Assembly: GCF_018977255.1 (NCBI RefSeq)
Contig: NW_024704743.1
Coordinates: forward strand, 76,696,001-76,760,000
Direction of reading: 5' to 3'
Length of the DNA: 64,000 nt
DNA from: Callorhinchus milii
Lineage: Eukaryota
Position 1 is the first letter of the stretch; each line of letters begins with the position of its first letter. The notes beneath the pieces are model-generated. The model was not told the origin of the DNA, did no database searches, and saw only the letters and a list, made by a program, of their open reading frames with translations. Shown here in pieces: positions 12,232 through 24,440 of this stretch. The position numbers and the translations under genes were made by a program.

Positions 12232-14338
12232 ATACTGATGCCACTTCCTACACTACGTGAAGGAAACATTATTTATGTTACTGCACTGCAGATATTACTG
12301 TGTTGTAGAAGGTGGTCAAATACATAATCAGAGAGAACTTTTGAAAATATAGTTGGAGGAGTATTGTATCTTTGTTGAGACTTAAATAAGTATGGGGGGA
12401 TTAAATTGAACCATTTTTGTGAGAAAGGGAGAGTATTTTATGTCAATAGTTGACGTCATGAATCTGATTCCTGAAAGCCTTGTGGTAGATGCGTTCACAA
12501 GCGGTCTGGTTTTTATATATTGAGTCTCTGATGGTCCAGCATAAATCTGACCCCTGACAGTCTAGTTGGGAGGAGGCAAAGTACATCCGTGTTCTCCTGT
12601 GGTCTAGGTAAGGTCACACACCTTCCTAATTTATCAGATTAGCCTTTAGTTTCATGCATAGTTCAATTTGTGGCCCACCAAAGCCAAGAGAGGACATGGG
12701 AGGGAGTAGAGGGGAACCATACATTTAACTTGCTTTTATAGCATCGAATGTTCCAGCTTTAAATCTCTAGGGCAGTGATGGGAAGAAATGAGGAGTTTAG
12801 ATATTTAATGAAAGTAGATGAGTTTTGAGTTGCTGAGAGGACTAGGAACAGTTCGAAAGCATTCGTATTTCAGCTGACTGGAGAGTAATGGGTTTCTTTA
12901 TTTTAAATGAATCACTTTTTACACAATGTATTATTTTAATGTCTGGAGCTCCATTTTTATTTTAAGTACTTTCACCACCCCCTTTGGTTGCCACAGTGAT
13001 ATGGAGATGTAGTTGCACTTGGGAGGATGATCATAGTGTAAGAAGATATGCTTTTATCTCTAGTATTTTAAGTGAAACTGTCTCTGAGGCATGTCACTTG
13101 TGTCTGCGAACCGGGAAATGGTGTGGGCGCAACAAAAGCATTCTTCGCAATAAAACCTTCTTTTTGAGCAATCTTACTGGCTGTTGTGTGGCACAAAAAC
13201 TGCACATAAATTTATAGTACAGCTAAATTAAATTTGTACACAACATTAATGGCTTTTTAATGAAACCATCACTCCCCCTACCCTCTTCTTCCAACCTCCG
13301 CCCCCAGTAATATTTATAAATCAGAAGTTTTCTATGTTAGCTTTGCAACCTTGGTGGGCAAAGCTTTAATCCAGCAAGTCAATTACATTCTGTGAAAATT
13401 AAGACACAATTTTATTTGGCACTTACAGTATATGGTTTTTCACATTCATGAATGAGTTAGTGCATGCAGTGATTCAAAGACAAACTTTTACTAAAGATGT
13501 GTGCCCTGAAAGCTAATGCATTAAACCACAAGCTGCTGATCACCATTAGGCTAGCACCAACAGCAGAGATAAATCTGCCCTTGCAAAGTAGTGGTTTGAT
13601 AGCTTCAGTGATTGAATGTGCTGTCATATCTTCAAATGGGAAAGTGCTTTTTCTAACATTCTGTTTTGCTTTTAACTTTTTTTTGCACGGGGTGTCAATT
13701 AATGTATCAAACAATTGACAGCCTCTCCAATTTGTGTCAGGATGATTAAGTCATTAAAATACTGTTGTCATCTGATCTAAATTGTTGAGGTATTTGGTGC
13801 CAAGAGATATACTCCAGGGATATGCTGTATCCTGCCTGTAGCTTTACAGCAAGCATCAGACCATGATGTGCAGCCAAATGTGCTGTTTACAACCCCAATC
13901 CGATGCTGTTCCGATCTATTGATCTCTTCAGTATTGACATAATGTCCTGTTCCTGAAACCGTTTCATTTATTGGGCAGTGTCCAATTACAGATGAACGTG
14001 TTGTACAAGAGTTGGATGTCAGCAGGGGTTTGAATGCTTTAGATTTACAGCTGCTTTGCAATGTGTGAAATGTGTATTTTCTTCTCAACAGAGCAAAGTA
14101 GAGCAGACAAATTCAGAGCTTTCATCTGGTACCTTTTAACTCTTAACAGGTTCCTTTTCAATACAAAACTCAAATGAGTAGTTGCCATGTGAATTGAGCT
14201 TACGTTTCTCATTTTCAGACTTAAAGAAATATCTTGTACTGACCTTTACAACTATTAATGTGCTCTGTCATAGCACAGTGTTACATTTTCTGCACAATTT
14301 CAGTTTTATTTAAGGACATTGTTATTCATTTTTACACA

Positions 14339-14720
14339 GTGGAGTCCTGTAACTTAGTGGTTAGAGCACTCGACTCGCAAGCGAGAGACCTGGGTTTGAT
14401 TCCCGGCACGGCAAAATGTTGGGCAAGTTTCCTTACTCCACACAACTCTGTTCACCTACCAGTAAGTAGGAACCCGGTTGTTAGTATATTGGTGGATCGC
14501 TTTTCCAGGGGTAATAATCCCTTCAAAAATAAATAATAAAAAATTGTTATCATTCAATCTTCGACTGTTCGTGGGACACTGTTGTGCGCAATTGGTTGCT
14601 GCGTTTTGCTCACAAAATATATAGTCAATTCACTTTACAGTATATTCTGTGAAGCGCTTTCAGATGAATCTTAGACGTGAAAAGGCACAATATCAAATGC
14701 AAGAATTATTATTTATTATT
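14339..14720 (+). mobile_element. Full-length tRNA-derived SINE (family A)
   Basis: tRNA-like head with A box (ttagtgg) and B box (ggtttgattccc), CORE-like middle, L2-like tail and (ATT)n; several full or near-full copies in window. Confidence 0.95.
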
Positions 14721-14883
14721 ACACTCGTTTTTTATTTGGAAGAGTAGTATTATTTTGGACAGAAAAATAAGTTTGACAGGTGTAAATGATTTACTTGTTT
14801 AAAATATAAAAGTGCTTATACTGCACATGAAACTAAAATGGAGATCTTGCTTTATTTGCTTCATTCAGAACTCTGCTACCCGC

Positions 14884-15157
14884 ATAATAATAATCCTTGC
14901 ATTTGATATAGCGTTTTTCACGTCTTCTCGACGTCTCAAAGCGTTTCACAGAATAGACTATGAAGTGAATTGACTGTATATTTGTGGGCGAAACGCGTCA
15001 GCCAATTGCGCACGGAAGTGTCTCACAAACAGTCATGGATTAAAGATGACCAATTTACTATTGTTTTGTTTTGGAGGGATTATTATTAGGCGTGGTGAGT
15101 AAAGAAATTTGTCCAAGGTTTCGCCTTGCTGGGAATCAAACCCAGGTCTCTCGCTTG
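14884..15157 (-). mobile_element. SINE family A, internally deleted and truncated in the anticodon loop
   Basis: Reverse-complement match to 14339-14720. Confidence 0.9.
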
Positions 15158-15159
15158 AT

Positions 15160-15570
15160 TATATTCAACTGGCCAGGCTCCACTGACTCCCCATCACTGA
15201 ACAGATCGACTTCAAGATCCTCACGCTTGTGTTTAAATCCCTTCACACTCTGACACCTCCCTACCTCTCTGACCTCCTCACTACCCAATCCACCATCCGG
15301 TGCCTCCTCTTGACTGGCTCCGGACTCCTGCTTGTCCCTTGCACCCTCTGCCCCACCATCGGAGGCTGCACTTTCAGCGACTATGCCCCGAAATTCTGGA
15401 ACATTCTCCCTCAATCCCTCTGCCTTGCCCCATCTCTCCCCTTTTTCAAGTCCCACCTGAAAACCTTCCTCTTCGACTGTGCGGCCAGTCAGCTCCGCCA
15501 CTGTTAAGTGCTCTAAAACGCTATCCTGCGTGGCGGGTACTATATAAGTGCAATTTGTTGTTGTTTATTG
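15160..15570 (+). mobile_element. L2 LINE 3' fragment
   Basis: ORF2 C-terminus FKSLHTLTPPYLSDLL...GGCTFS..APKFWN.LP...FKSHLKTFLF; (GTT)n tail. Confidence 0.95.
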
Positions 15571-17499
15571 TAATCAAAGCTGGTCCTGGATTTGAACCTT
15601 CTTCTGCTAACGTCCAACGATAGCCTCACTACATTCTAATCCTTACATATCAGAATGCTTTATTCATAAAGTGCTTTCTTCTACATAATATTCAGCCATA
15701 AAGGTTCTGATAGTGATACTATTGTCTGTCAGTTTGAAGTCAAATGGCAAAATTTAGAGCTTTACAGTACAATGAAATCCATACACATTTTCCCAGTAAT
15801 TTATCCCCTTGCTTCAAATACCTAGAGATGTATTCCCCTAGTTGATAAACCTAAGAACCTTTGGCAGTATGAGTTTATAATAAATTTCCTATTAGACTAC
15901 AACGACTTGAACTTATTTAGCGTCTTTCATGTAGTTGAAAGTCTTAAAGCTCATCACTGCCAAAGGCTGGTAACTTTACTGACAAGGGGAGAATAAAGCA
16001 GAGTTAGCCTCTTCTTGTTGGGAGATGTGCTAATCCTGACAGTGTAGATAACAACATGTTCCTCACCAAGAGCAGCACATTTACAGACCAGAGGAGAATA
16101 ATTCTCAGTGTTAATCGCCCAGACTTGTGAAAAAGTACATTTATCAACCTCAACTAGACAGTTCCAGTTGACAAATTATTACTTTCAGCAGTGACTACAG
16201 TACATTCTCCACAGCTCATGGTTCTGGAAAGGAAGCATTTACATAACCATAAATACTTATTTAGGGGTGTTTAATCTGTGAATCCTGACAAGAGGTAACG
16301 GTTTGGATCTGTCAGTGGTGGCAAGGCTTTGTGCAGTCTCCCCAGTCGAAAATAGTGTTTTCCCCCCTCCTCTCCTGAAGGCACGGATACACTCTGATTC
16401 TGGTTCCAAGGGAGTCAACTGTCCTCCTGTATCTTGCCTGTGTATGAACTTAGATAGTGAGGTAATGCAAACTCTTCAACCATGATAGTCAAGCCCAATA
16501 CGTGTTCACGTACATGTACTTTGCAGCCGGAGGTTTTAGTGATCAGGAGTGGAAACCTGGCTGATCTTCCATTTGTTCCTAGCTCAGGAGACCTGACCTT
16601 TAGTGCCCCTACTGCTGCCCTGGGTGAGTTTAACAATTATCTTTGGGACATTCCTCGCTTATATGACAGGTCCACTCAAAGCCTTTATTAACTAGTCATC
16701 AAAGAAGCTCAGGATTTGTCCTTTAATAAATGCCTCATAATGGGCCTGTCATTTAAAGATTTCTGATGTTTTCTTATTTTTGTGTATTTATTTAGAATTA
16801 TTTTCCTTTTCCCGTATAATAAATTATTCTTGACACCATATTCATTGCAGAGCTTAAAGCGCTTTAATAACACAGCTAAAAAGTTAAAGTTCCACTGGAT
16901 AATTTCTTATTTGTTTTACATGAGTAGAATTGTGACAAAGTTTGCTACGTTGGGGTAATTATTTCATTTCCGGTTCAATATCCTTCACATTAGTGTCTGA
17001 TATGGGTCACCACTTCAAAATAATGGTATGTTCAAGGAAATATGCAGCGTTCACACTGCAGCACAAAAAGGAATACAGCTGCATATGTGTTGACCTAAGC
17101 ATGTTAGTGCAGTGATTGCCAAACATTACACTTGGAGGTGTGGTATAGGGATCAAAGGCTGATTCTCTTAACAGGCACTGGGTGCACATTAGTGATATAA
17201 ACCATGGCTGCAATGGAGGATAATGGGATGTGGATACGACACTACCATATTTTACCCAGAACAGCATCCATACTGGATTTACTCTGGATTAGTAATTAAG
17301 GACCATCAGAGCAGCCATGTTGTGGGCATGAGATAGCTCATAAGTGTATGTGAGGTTTAGCGCTTTTGAAACACCTGTCCATTTTAGCAGTAGAACTAAA
17401 CATTGAAGGTAAAGCTTTCAGGACCAGGTTGGAGATATTACAGCCTGAACATTTTTTCAAGCTGGATTTGAGGCTTCATTCTAAGGGTGGATTCCAGGA

Positions 17500-17710
17500 A
17501 TAACAGTGGCAGAGCCTGACTCTGAGCTGGGGGAAAGGTGGCCATAAGCACAGTCGAAGAGGAAAGTTTTCAGGTGGGACTTGAAAGAGGAGAGAGAGGG
17601 GGCAAGGCGGAGGGATTGAGGGAGAGTGTTGCAGAGTTTTGGGGGCATAGGGGCTGAAACCGCGACCTCCGATGGTGGGAAGGAGGGTGCGAGGGACAAG
17701 CAGGAGGCTT
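17500..17710 (-). mobile_element. L2 LINE 3' fragment
   Basis: ORF PKLCNTLPQSLRLAPSLSSFKSHLKTFLFD. Confidence 0.9.
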
Positions 17711-20700
17711 AAAATAATAATAATAATGATTACATTCCATATATTAAAAAGATCTTCCCAGTTGAGTTAAAAGAGAATCAGTATTGTTCTGATCTTGTGC
17801 CTGTCTTGGTATATCCGAAAATCTTGTTTTAGCTTACTTCATCAATCTCATTTAGCATCTTATATACTGTAATGCTTTTAAAGTCCCATCTGAGAGATGC
17901 TTTCAAAGCTGAATAGCCCCAGTTTATCAAGTTGGTCCTTATCCCTCTAACAAATTTACTTGTAAATTAATTTGTTTATACAAAGCCAAATAAAATCTTC
18001 TCCCTCCCTAACTAGCTTAAAATTAGTTCTGATGATTTTTGGTCTCATCAGCTGGTATTTCAGAGTAAAATCTGGCAACAAATCTAAGTTATAGGATCTC
18101 CATCCTTGGGTGTGGCTTTATTATGGCAACAACACAGAAGCAGGGTACCATCTGCTTACTGTCAAGCCTCAAGCTAATGACACTTTGTCAGATGTAAACT
18201 CAACAAATATAAACCGAAGAGCCTGTGGGTCAGTTTTCTGCCTGCTTCCCCTCTTCATACTCAGGACTACTAAAAGATTGTACTGATCATATAAAAGACT
18301 GTATTTTTCGAGCAAATGTTTGGACATCTCAGCTGCATACAGTGCATCTCTGTATATGAGAAATGGAAAGCTATTGGGCAAGTGGTTCTACAGAAAGCAC
18401 GCCATGTGTGAATAATACATTACCAGCATGTTGTTGTTACAAGATTAGATTTATAGAATTAATTGTAAGCATTTCACAGTTGAAGATCTGCCATTGATTC
18501 ATCTGGTCGAGGCTGCGGTGTGAAATGATTATTGGTGTTTGCTCCAATCTGTCAGTTCAATATAGCTTCAGAATGATGGGGATTGCCACTCTGTAGGTAT
18601 TAACAAGGAGTGTGTAATGGGATAATTGTTATTATTATGGATTTATTTTGCCATCAATCCCAGTGGCAGTGCTGTAAAACTGTGGAGACCAAGGTTGATC
18701 ATTAGGATTGTTTTAAAACATCTTTCTTTTTGAATGTATTATTTCTCTTTCTCTTTCAATTCTCTCTACCCTGGCATTTTTCATATAGCACCTTTAGGTG
18801 CAATACCAATTTATATGGAGGACATAAAATATCATTTTCAAATGGAAACCCTTAAGTAAGGAATTCAGAAAATCATAAATTTTGAAGCTGCCTTATCTGT
18901 GGTTTATTTTTGCATTAATCCTCCATTCCCTAGACGCCTGTCTATTTTGTTCTTCAAGTTGATTTATTGGAATGACATTCATAAAGTTTGGGTGTTTTTA
19001 TTAATATGGTTTCCTGAGACATCGATGTTGTGGTCAGTCAAAAAAATTTATGCTGCATTTTTCTGGACTTGTAACAGTGGAGAATGATTGGGAGAAGGAG
19101 ATATAATACAGATACCTTTGAGGGACAGTGGAATGGAGGAACACAATCATTAGGAATGATCAAACGTTTATAGTATTTCAGCACTGCAGAGATGTAAGGG
19201 CAAATGGGAAGAGTAAGTAAAGAAGATAGCAAATCTCTGGAGCAAGCATGAATAAAAATGGATTACTACACAGGTAGGAGTCCTTACTTGCAAATATAGT
19301 AACTGTTTCTGTAGGCAAATAAGGTAGCAATTTTTGTATCAGGAACAGAATAAAGGGGAGTAACTCCGACATGACAATCCTGAAGTTTGCTTGATCTTCA
19401 GCTGAACTAGATCTATGATGTCTACTTATTGAAGATCAGTTTATAAAGAGGTATTACAAATGCTATACTGCATCCGGTTTTCAGGCAAAAGGCAATTTTT
19501 GCTAATTCGTATACATAATGATCTTAGAAACCTTTGGCCTGTAAAAAGCCTCTATCACACTCTTAACAAATCTAGTCATTATACAATTTCTCATGAATTC
19601 TTGCAACTTTATACTTTATATTGTGACTTTGAAGACTTGAAATACCACGCCAAACAGGATATGTTGCTACATTTTGAATCTGCCACTTAACAAGAGTTGA
19701 AGACGTTGTAACAAATTGACATTCAGCACAAGTACAATGTTTTCATGTCATCACTTAAATACTATGATGATATCAGACTGCCACGCATTCACAAACCACC
19801 ATCAGAAATTTAAATTCTGGTGTCTGCCAAGTAACGGCAGTTGTGCCAGAAAATTATGAAATTTGGTCCCTCCCTTTTTTGTGATTTTGCTGCCATTATT
19901 TAGGTAGCAGTTATCTCAAATTGAATTTCCATTGATTCTCCTGCTTGAATATTTGTTAGCATCATCATACTACTGTAATGTAAAGACTTTCAAGCAAACG
20001 TCTGGTCACTCCAGTGCAACATTTTCATTGCAGAGAGGAAGGCAACAGAAGAACTCTGAGTAACATTTTGGGAAATTTGATGCTGGCATAACCGTCTGCT
20101 GCAAACTGTATTACGAATTAGCTTCAGAATCGTGCTTGCCTAAAGAGTTACTTACAATGTGAAAGAGGTATTTGTTTTATTTAAAAGCCACTCACCTACA
20201 GAACCTTATCAACTGCTCTTTGGTCAAACAATTCGAGTCGATTTCTGAACATTTTCTATATACCCCATATCCACATGGTTTAGTTTTCAGTTCTTTGCTT
20301 ACCATTGATTTCAGGCTAACAATTTCCTATAATTTCCCGATTCATATCTTGCTCCTCTTATAAATATCAGGATCATGTCCACTTATCCAGTGGAGCATCT
20401 GCATATATTTTCTACAAATATAAGTTAACATTCATTTACTAGATGATTCTGTCTATATTCCACCTGGTGGAAAGGAACCCTGCTAAATTGTTCCACGATG
20501 ACTAGCCCTGGAAAACATCCATTCAAAAAAAGACTGTAAATTTTAGTCCTGAAGTCTTATCCCTCCCCTCATATTGCTGATGCTTTTCAAAAAATTCCCT
20601 TTAAGCTTTGTGGAAGCGCATTGGAGATAGCAACATCTAGCACCATCACAGTGTGGGATTTGTGTCAAATGGAGAACCTACATGTAGGTTAGACATCAAT

Positions 20701-21132
20701 CATCTTGGACACAAGGCCCTGAGCATCCAAAGGTCCTGGAGAGAGAGAGCAAATACTATTTCTACTTTGACTTTTGAGGTTTGGAGTTAATATTTTATCA
20801 TTAGACCTCATCAATTTGTCATAGGCTTGAAAAAAAATCTCTGGTACAATAATGTGAAGTTTAGATTGAACTCCAGACGGATATGTTTGTATTTGTATGT
20901 AATTTTGGTTCATAAAACATCTGTACATCTGGGAAGCTTCATATCAAAGTTCAGGTCAAGTGTCACTTTTGCTGACTATTTCAGGCTCTGTACTCCAGAG
21001 GTGTTGAGAACTACCATTAAAAAAACATATTGTGTAACATTAGAAAAAAATCTGTCAGTGGCTGTTTCTGGATGAAAATACTGAACAGCATGTTTCTGCC
21101 TTACATGAATGTAAAACATAGTTTCTTCCTCT

Positions 21133-21400
21133 ATGGTATAATTCCAGGGCACTGGCCACCCTCTGGTATGTTGCCCGTGTAGCCATTCTTTATGTGTGAG
21201 CAAATGAGCGTTGACAGTTTGTATAAACAAGGGGGAACATCATAGCCATACCATAACCAAACTTGCCCTCACTAGACATCCACAAGGTTTCCAGCGGCGA
21301 GCAAGGATCATTGTTCAATTATCAGGAAAGAGAACTGTGGCTCAAGAACACTGAGGACAATTGTAGCGTTTGTATTGCTGCGCAGACCAGTGTCTAAATC
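21133..21400 (-). mobile_element. Old SINE family C fragment
   Basis: Reverse-complement similarity to 34250-34445 and 41780-42030. Confidence 0.55.
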
Positions 21401-21924
21401 CACTTTAGGCACTAGCTTTAGCAACAATTGTTAATTATATTTTAGTTGCTTTTATATTAGAGGGAGGTTAATAAATATTTTTTATTTCACTATGCAAAAC
21501 GTCTGATATCCTGTGAGGTGCTATCCAGTGATCGCTGCTAGAAAGGATGCTGTATGGATGCTGAGGATTTAGCTCCAGTATCGATTAGCTTTTCAATACT
21601 TGGGGACTGGTCTCATACTTGCTGGATGAGGTACAGCAAATCAGCCCATGGAACTGTATCCAGATAAGATCTCTTGTACCTTCTGGAGAGGAGGGGGGAA
21701 AAGGTGAATGTTTTTTCTTTAAAAATATTGGTAATTTTCTTGGGGAGGCAGATAATTGACAGCTGAGTTTCTTCTCCCCCACCCCCGCCTCGTGAAGCAA
21801 TAAATTAATGGTATGCGTGAATTACTTGATGAATTAATTGTTGCGTGAAAAATGGTATTTTATAGGTCATCATTTTCTAATATTTCTGGCTTCTATGTCT
21901 GATTGCTCGGTAGTTACAGATTAT

Positions 21925-23195
21925 AACAACAACAACAACTTGAATTTATATAGTACCCTCTGTGTCGGACGGCATTTCAGAGCGCTTCACAGTAACGGAT
22001 CCCAGGGCCAAGCCAGGGGGAGGGGGAGGAAGGTGACCAAAGGCACAGTTGAAAAGAAAGGTCTTCAGCAGAGACCTGAAAATAGGAAGAGAGGGAGCGA
22101 GGCGAAGGGAGTTCCAGAGGCTCGGGGCACAATGGCTGAAGGCACAGCCACCGATGGTGGAGCGGAGGACTCAGGGGACAAGGAGGAGGCCAGACCTGGT
22201 GGAACGAAGGGAACGGGTACTGTTGTGAGGAGCGAGGAGGTCAGAGAGGTAGAGGGGTGCAGAGGAGTGGAGGGATTTGAAGACAAGGGTGAGGATCTTG
22301 AAGTCGATCCTCTCTGGGACAGGCAGCCAATGCAGTCTGGCAAGGACTGGGGTAATCGGGGAGTGGAGTTTGGTGTGGGTAAGAATGCGGGCGGCAGAGT
22401 TTTGGATGACCTGGATTTTATGAATGGTAGTGGATGGGAGTTCGGCGAGGAGGGCGTTAGAGTAGTCCAGCTGAGAGGTGACAAAGGCATGGACCAGGGT
22501 TTCGGTGGCTTTTGGAGTGAGGTATTGGTGGAGATGGGCGATGTGTCAGAGGTGGAAGAAAGCGGTGCTGGTGAGGGACTGGATGTGGGGGAGGAAGGGT
22601 AATTGGGGGTCGAACCTGACGCCTAGGTTGCGTACGGGTTCGGAGAGTTTTAGGGGGAGGTCGGGTAGGTGGCGGAGGTGGGAGCCATGTGATTTTAGAC
22701 GTTGATGAGAGCCAAATAGTATGGCTTCCTTCTTGTCAACGTTCAGCTGAAGGAAATTTGCACTCATCCAGCTCCTGATGTCTGACAGGCAGGCTGACAG
22801 AACATCAGGGGACTGGGGGTCGCAAACTGAGGTGGAAAAATAGAGTTAGTGTCGTCTGCATACATGTGGAAGTGTACCCCATGTCTGCGGATGACATCCT
22901 TAAGTGGGAGCATGTAGATCAGAAAGAGGAGGGGGCCAAGGATGAATCCTTGGGGTACCCCGCAAGTAACCGGGTAAGAGTGGGAGGAGAAGCCATTTGT
23001 GCAGATGTATTGCTGGCGGTCCGTGAGGTAGGACTCAAACCAGGCGAGTGTGGTCCCACTGGGGTGGATGATGGAGGAAGGGAGGAGGATGGCGTGATCG
23101 ACTGTGTCGAACGTGGCGGAGAGGTCCAGGACGACAAGGAGACAGAGGGAGCCCTGGTCACAGATAGAGAGGATGTCATTTATGACTTTCACAAG
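21925..23195 (-). mobile_element. L2 LINE, 5'-truncated (~1.27 kb), frameshifted RT ORF2
   Basis: LLVVLDLSATFDTVDH, GVPQGFILGPLLFLIYMLPL, HMYADDT, WMSANFLQLN, VRNLGVRFD; (AAC)n tail. Confidence 0.97.
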
Positions 23196-23849
23196 TGCAA
23201 CAGTAGTGCACCAGTTTTAAGACAGTTGCTACAGGGATATTATTGGAATAGATACCTAATTTCTATGCGCCTCGAGTACTCGGCAATATTTTAAGAGACC
23301 ATTAACTTAATGAAGAAGAAGCTGTCTTAGAAAATACAGTCGCTATTCATTTAAAATACAGTTAACTTCTTAAAGTGATTTATGGAAATGCTGACCTCAT
23401 TCATTTCTCTTTTCTTTGTCCATCGTTTTGGTGCACACAACTCATTCCATAAGTCCTTTAATCCAGTAGTTGACAGGCATCATAGAGTTTAAACAAGACC
23501 CAAGAGTCATCCTCCTGATGGAGCCTCATAAAAATGTGAATGGAAATGTTCACTGCTGCGAGTTTTTCTTGACATTGACGACTGCTTTGTTTTAGGCTCC
23601 TGCTGCCTCTTTTGGCAAATTTCAGTGGCTCTTATTTTCTAGTGACTCTCTGGAGGCCTTATTCTCAAAAGTTTGTTGCTTCTGTAAGAATAGGTTTCTA
23701 GGCTCCTCAGCAGGCATTAAAACGCATTCACTTTACCTCTTGAAGAAGTTTATTTAATAATTAGGCTTGGGATGCCAGCTACTGGAAGCCATTACCTGGG
23801 GTCTGAGTTTGTGAATATGCGTCCGTACATCCAGGGTTTGTAATCCACC

Positions 23850-24060
23850 AGGGACTCTCCCATTCAGCTCCCATTAACCCTGCAAGCCAAAGCCCAAGGC
23901 GGTCCTAGCTTGACAAGCAGGGAGAAAGCTTGTCAGATAATGTGCTTCATTGACAAGTTATGTGGTATTAGCTGGTTAGACTCCAGCAGATCTTGAGGTC
24001 ACCAGGTCTTGGCTCCTGCCACCTGTGCCTAATATTCTGAATTTCGATAAGCAAGATGCG
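23850..24060 (+). repeat. Unnamed interspersed repeat X, copy 1
   Basis: Collinear match to 39812-40045 (gcaagccaaagccc; ttagctggttagactccagca; taagcaagatg). Confidence 0.8.
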
Positions 24061-24134
24061 TTTTTCCTGGGAGAGAGTGTGCATTCTATTCCAATAAACA
24101 ACTGGAATTTCCAAGGTGGGATAGATGGAACTCA

Positions 24135-24440
24135 ACCACTTGCATTTATATAGCGCCCCTCACCCAGGGTAGCATCTCAGAGCGCTTGACAGTGGTGGAG
24201 CATGACGCTGAGCCGTAGGCATGGTCAAAGAGGAAGTTCTTTATGTGGAATTTAAAGAGAGATAAAAAGGGGCTAAGCAAGGGATTGAACCTGGGAGGTC
24301 CAGAGTTTATGTGAAAGTGAGGAGCTTGATATTGATCCCTTCCGAGACAAGAAGCGAGTGGAGTCTGGCGAGCATTGGGGTGATGGCCGTGTGGAGCTTG
24401 GTACGCGTCAGGCTGCCGGCCATAGAGTTTTGGATGAGTT
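24135..24440 (-). mobile_element. L2 LINE 3' fragment, degenerate
   Basis: cttgcatttatatagcgccc tail; FKFHIKNFLFDHAY. Confidence 0.8.

Noticed and set aside
14341..14415. tRNA-Ala gene (also 34950-35024, 63705-63780)
   Set aside because: Head of a multi-copy SINE; mismatched stems and no Pol III terminator after the tRNA part
19050..20450. Possible very old L2/CR1 ORF2 fragments (also 12700-12900, 17755-17950, 44930-45140, 58850-59180)
   Set aside because: Only faint compositional or motif hints, in inconsistent order; cannot be supported without an HMM search
21838..22602. Longest ORF (254 aa, + strand)
   Set aside because: Antisense frame of the L2 at 21925-23195. The G/A-rich strand is stop-poor. 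The same artefact occurs at 15136-15501, 22866-23294, 47355-47720 and 59728-59943.
22764..23192. Reverse-transcriptase ORFs (also 32868, 55375, 58957, 59395) as an active or novel RT system
   Set aside because: Ordinary truncated, frameshifted L2/CR1 ORF2 remnants without endonuclease or ORF1
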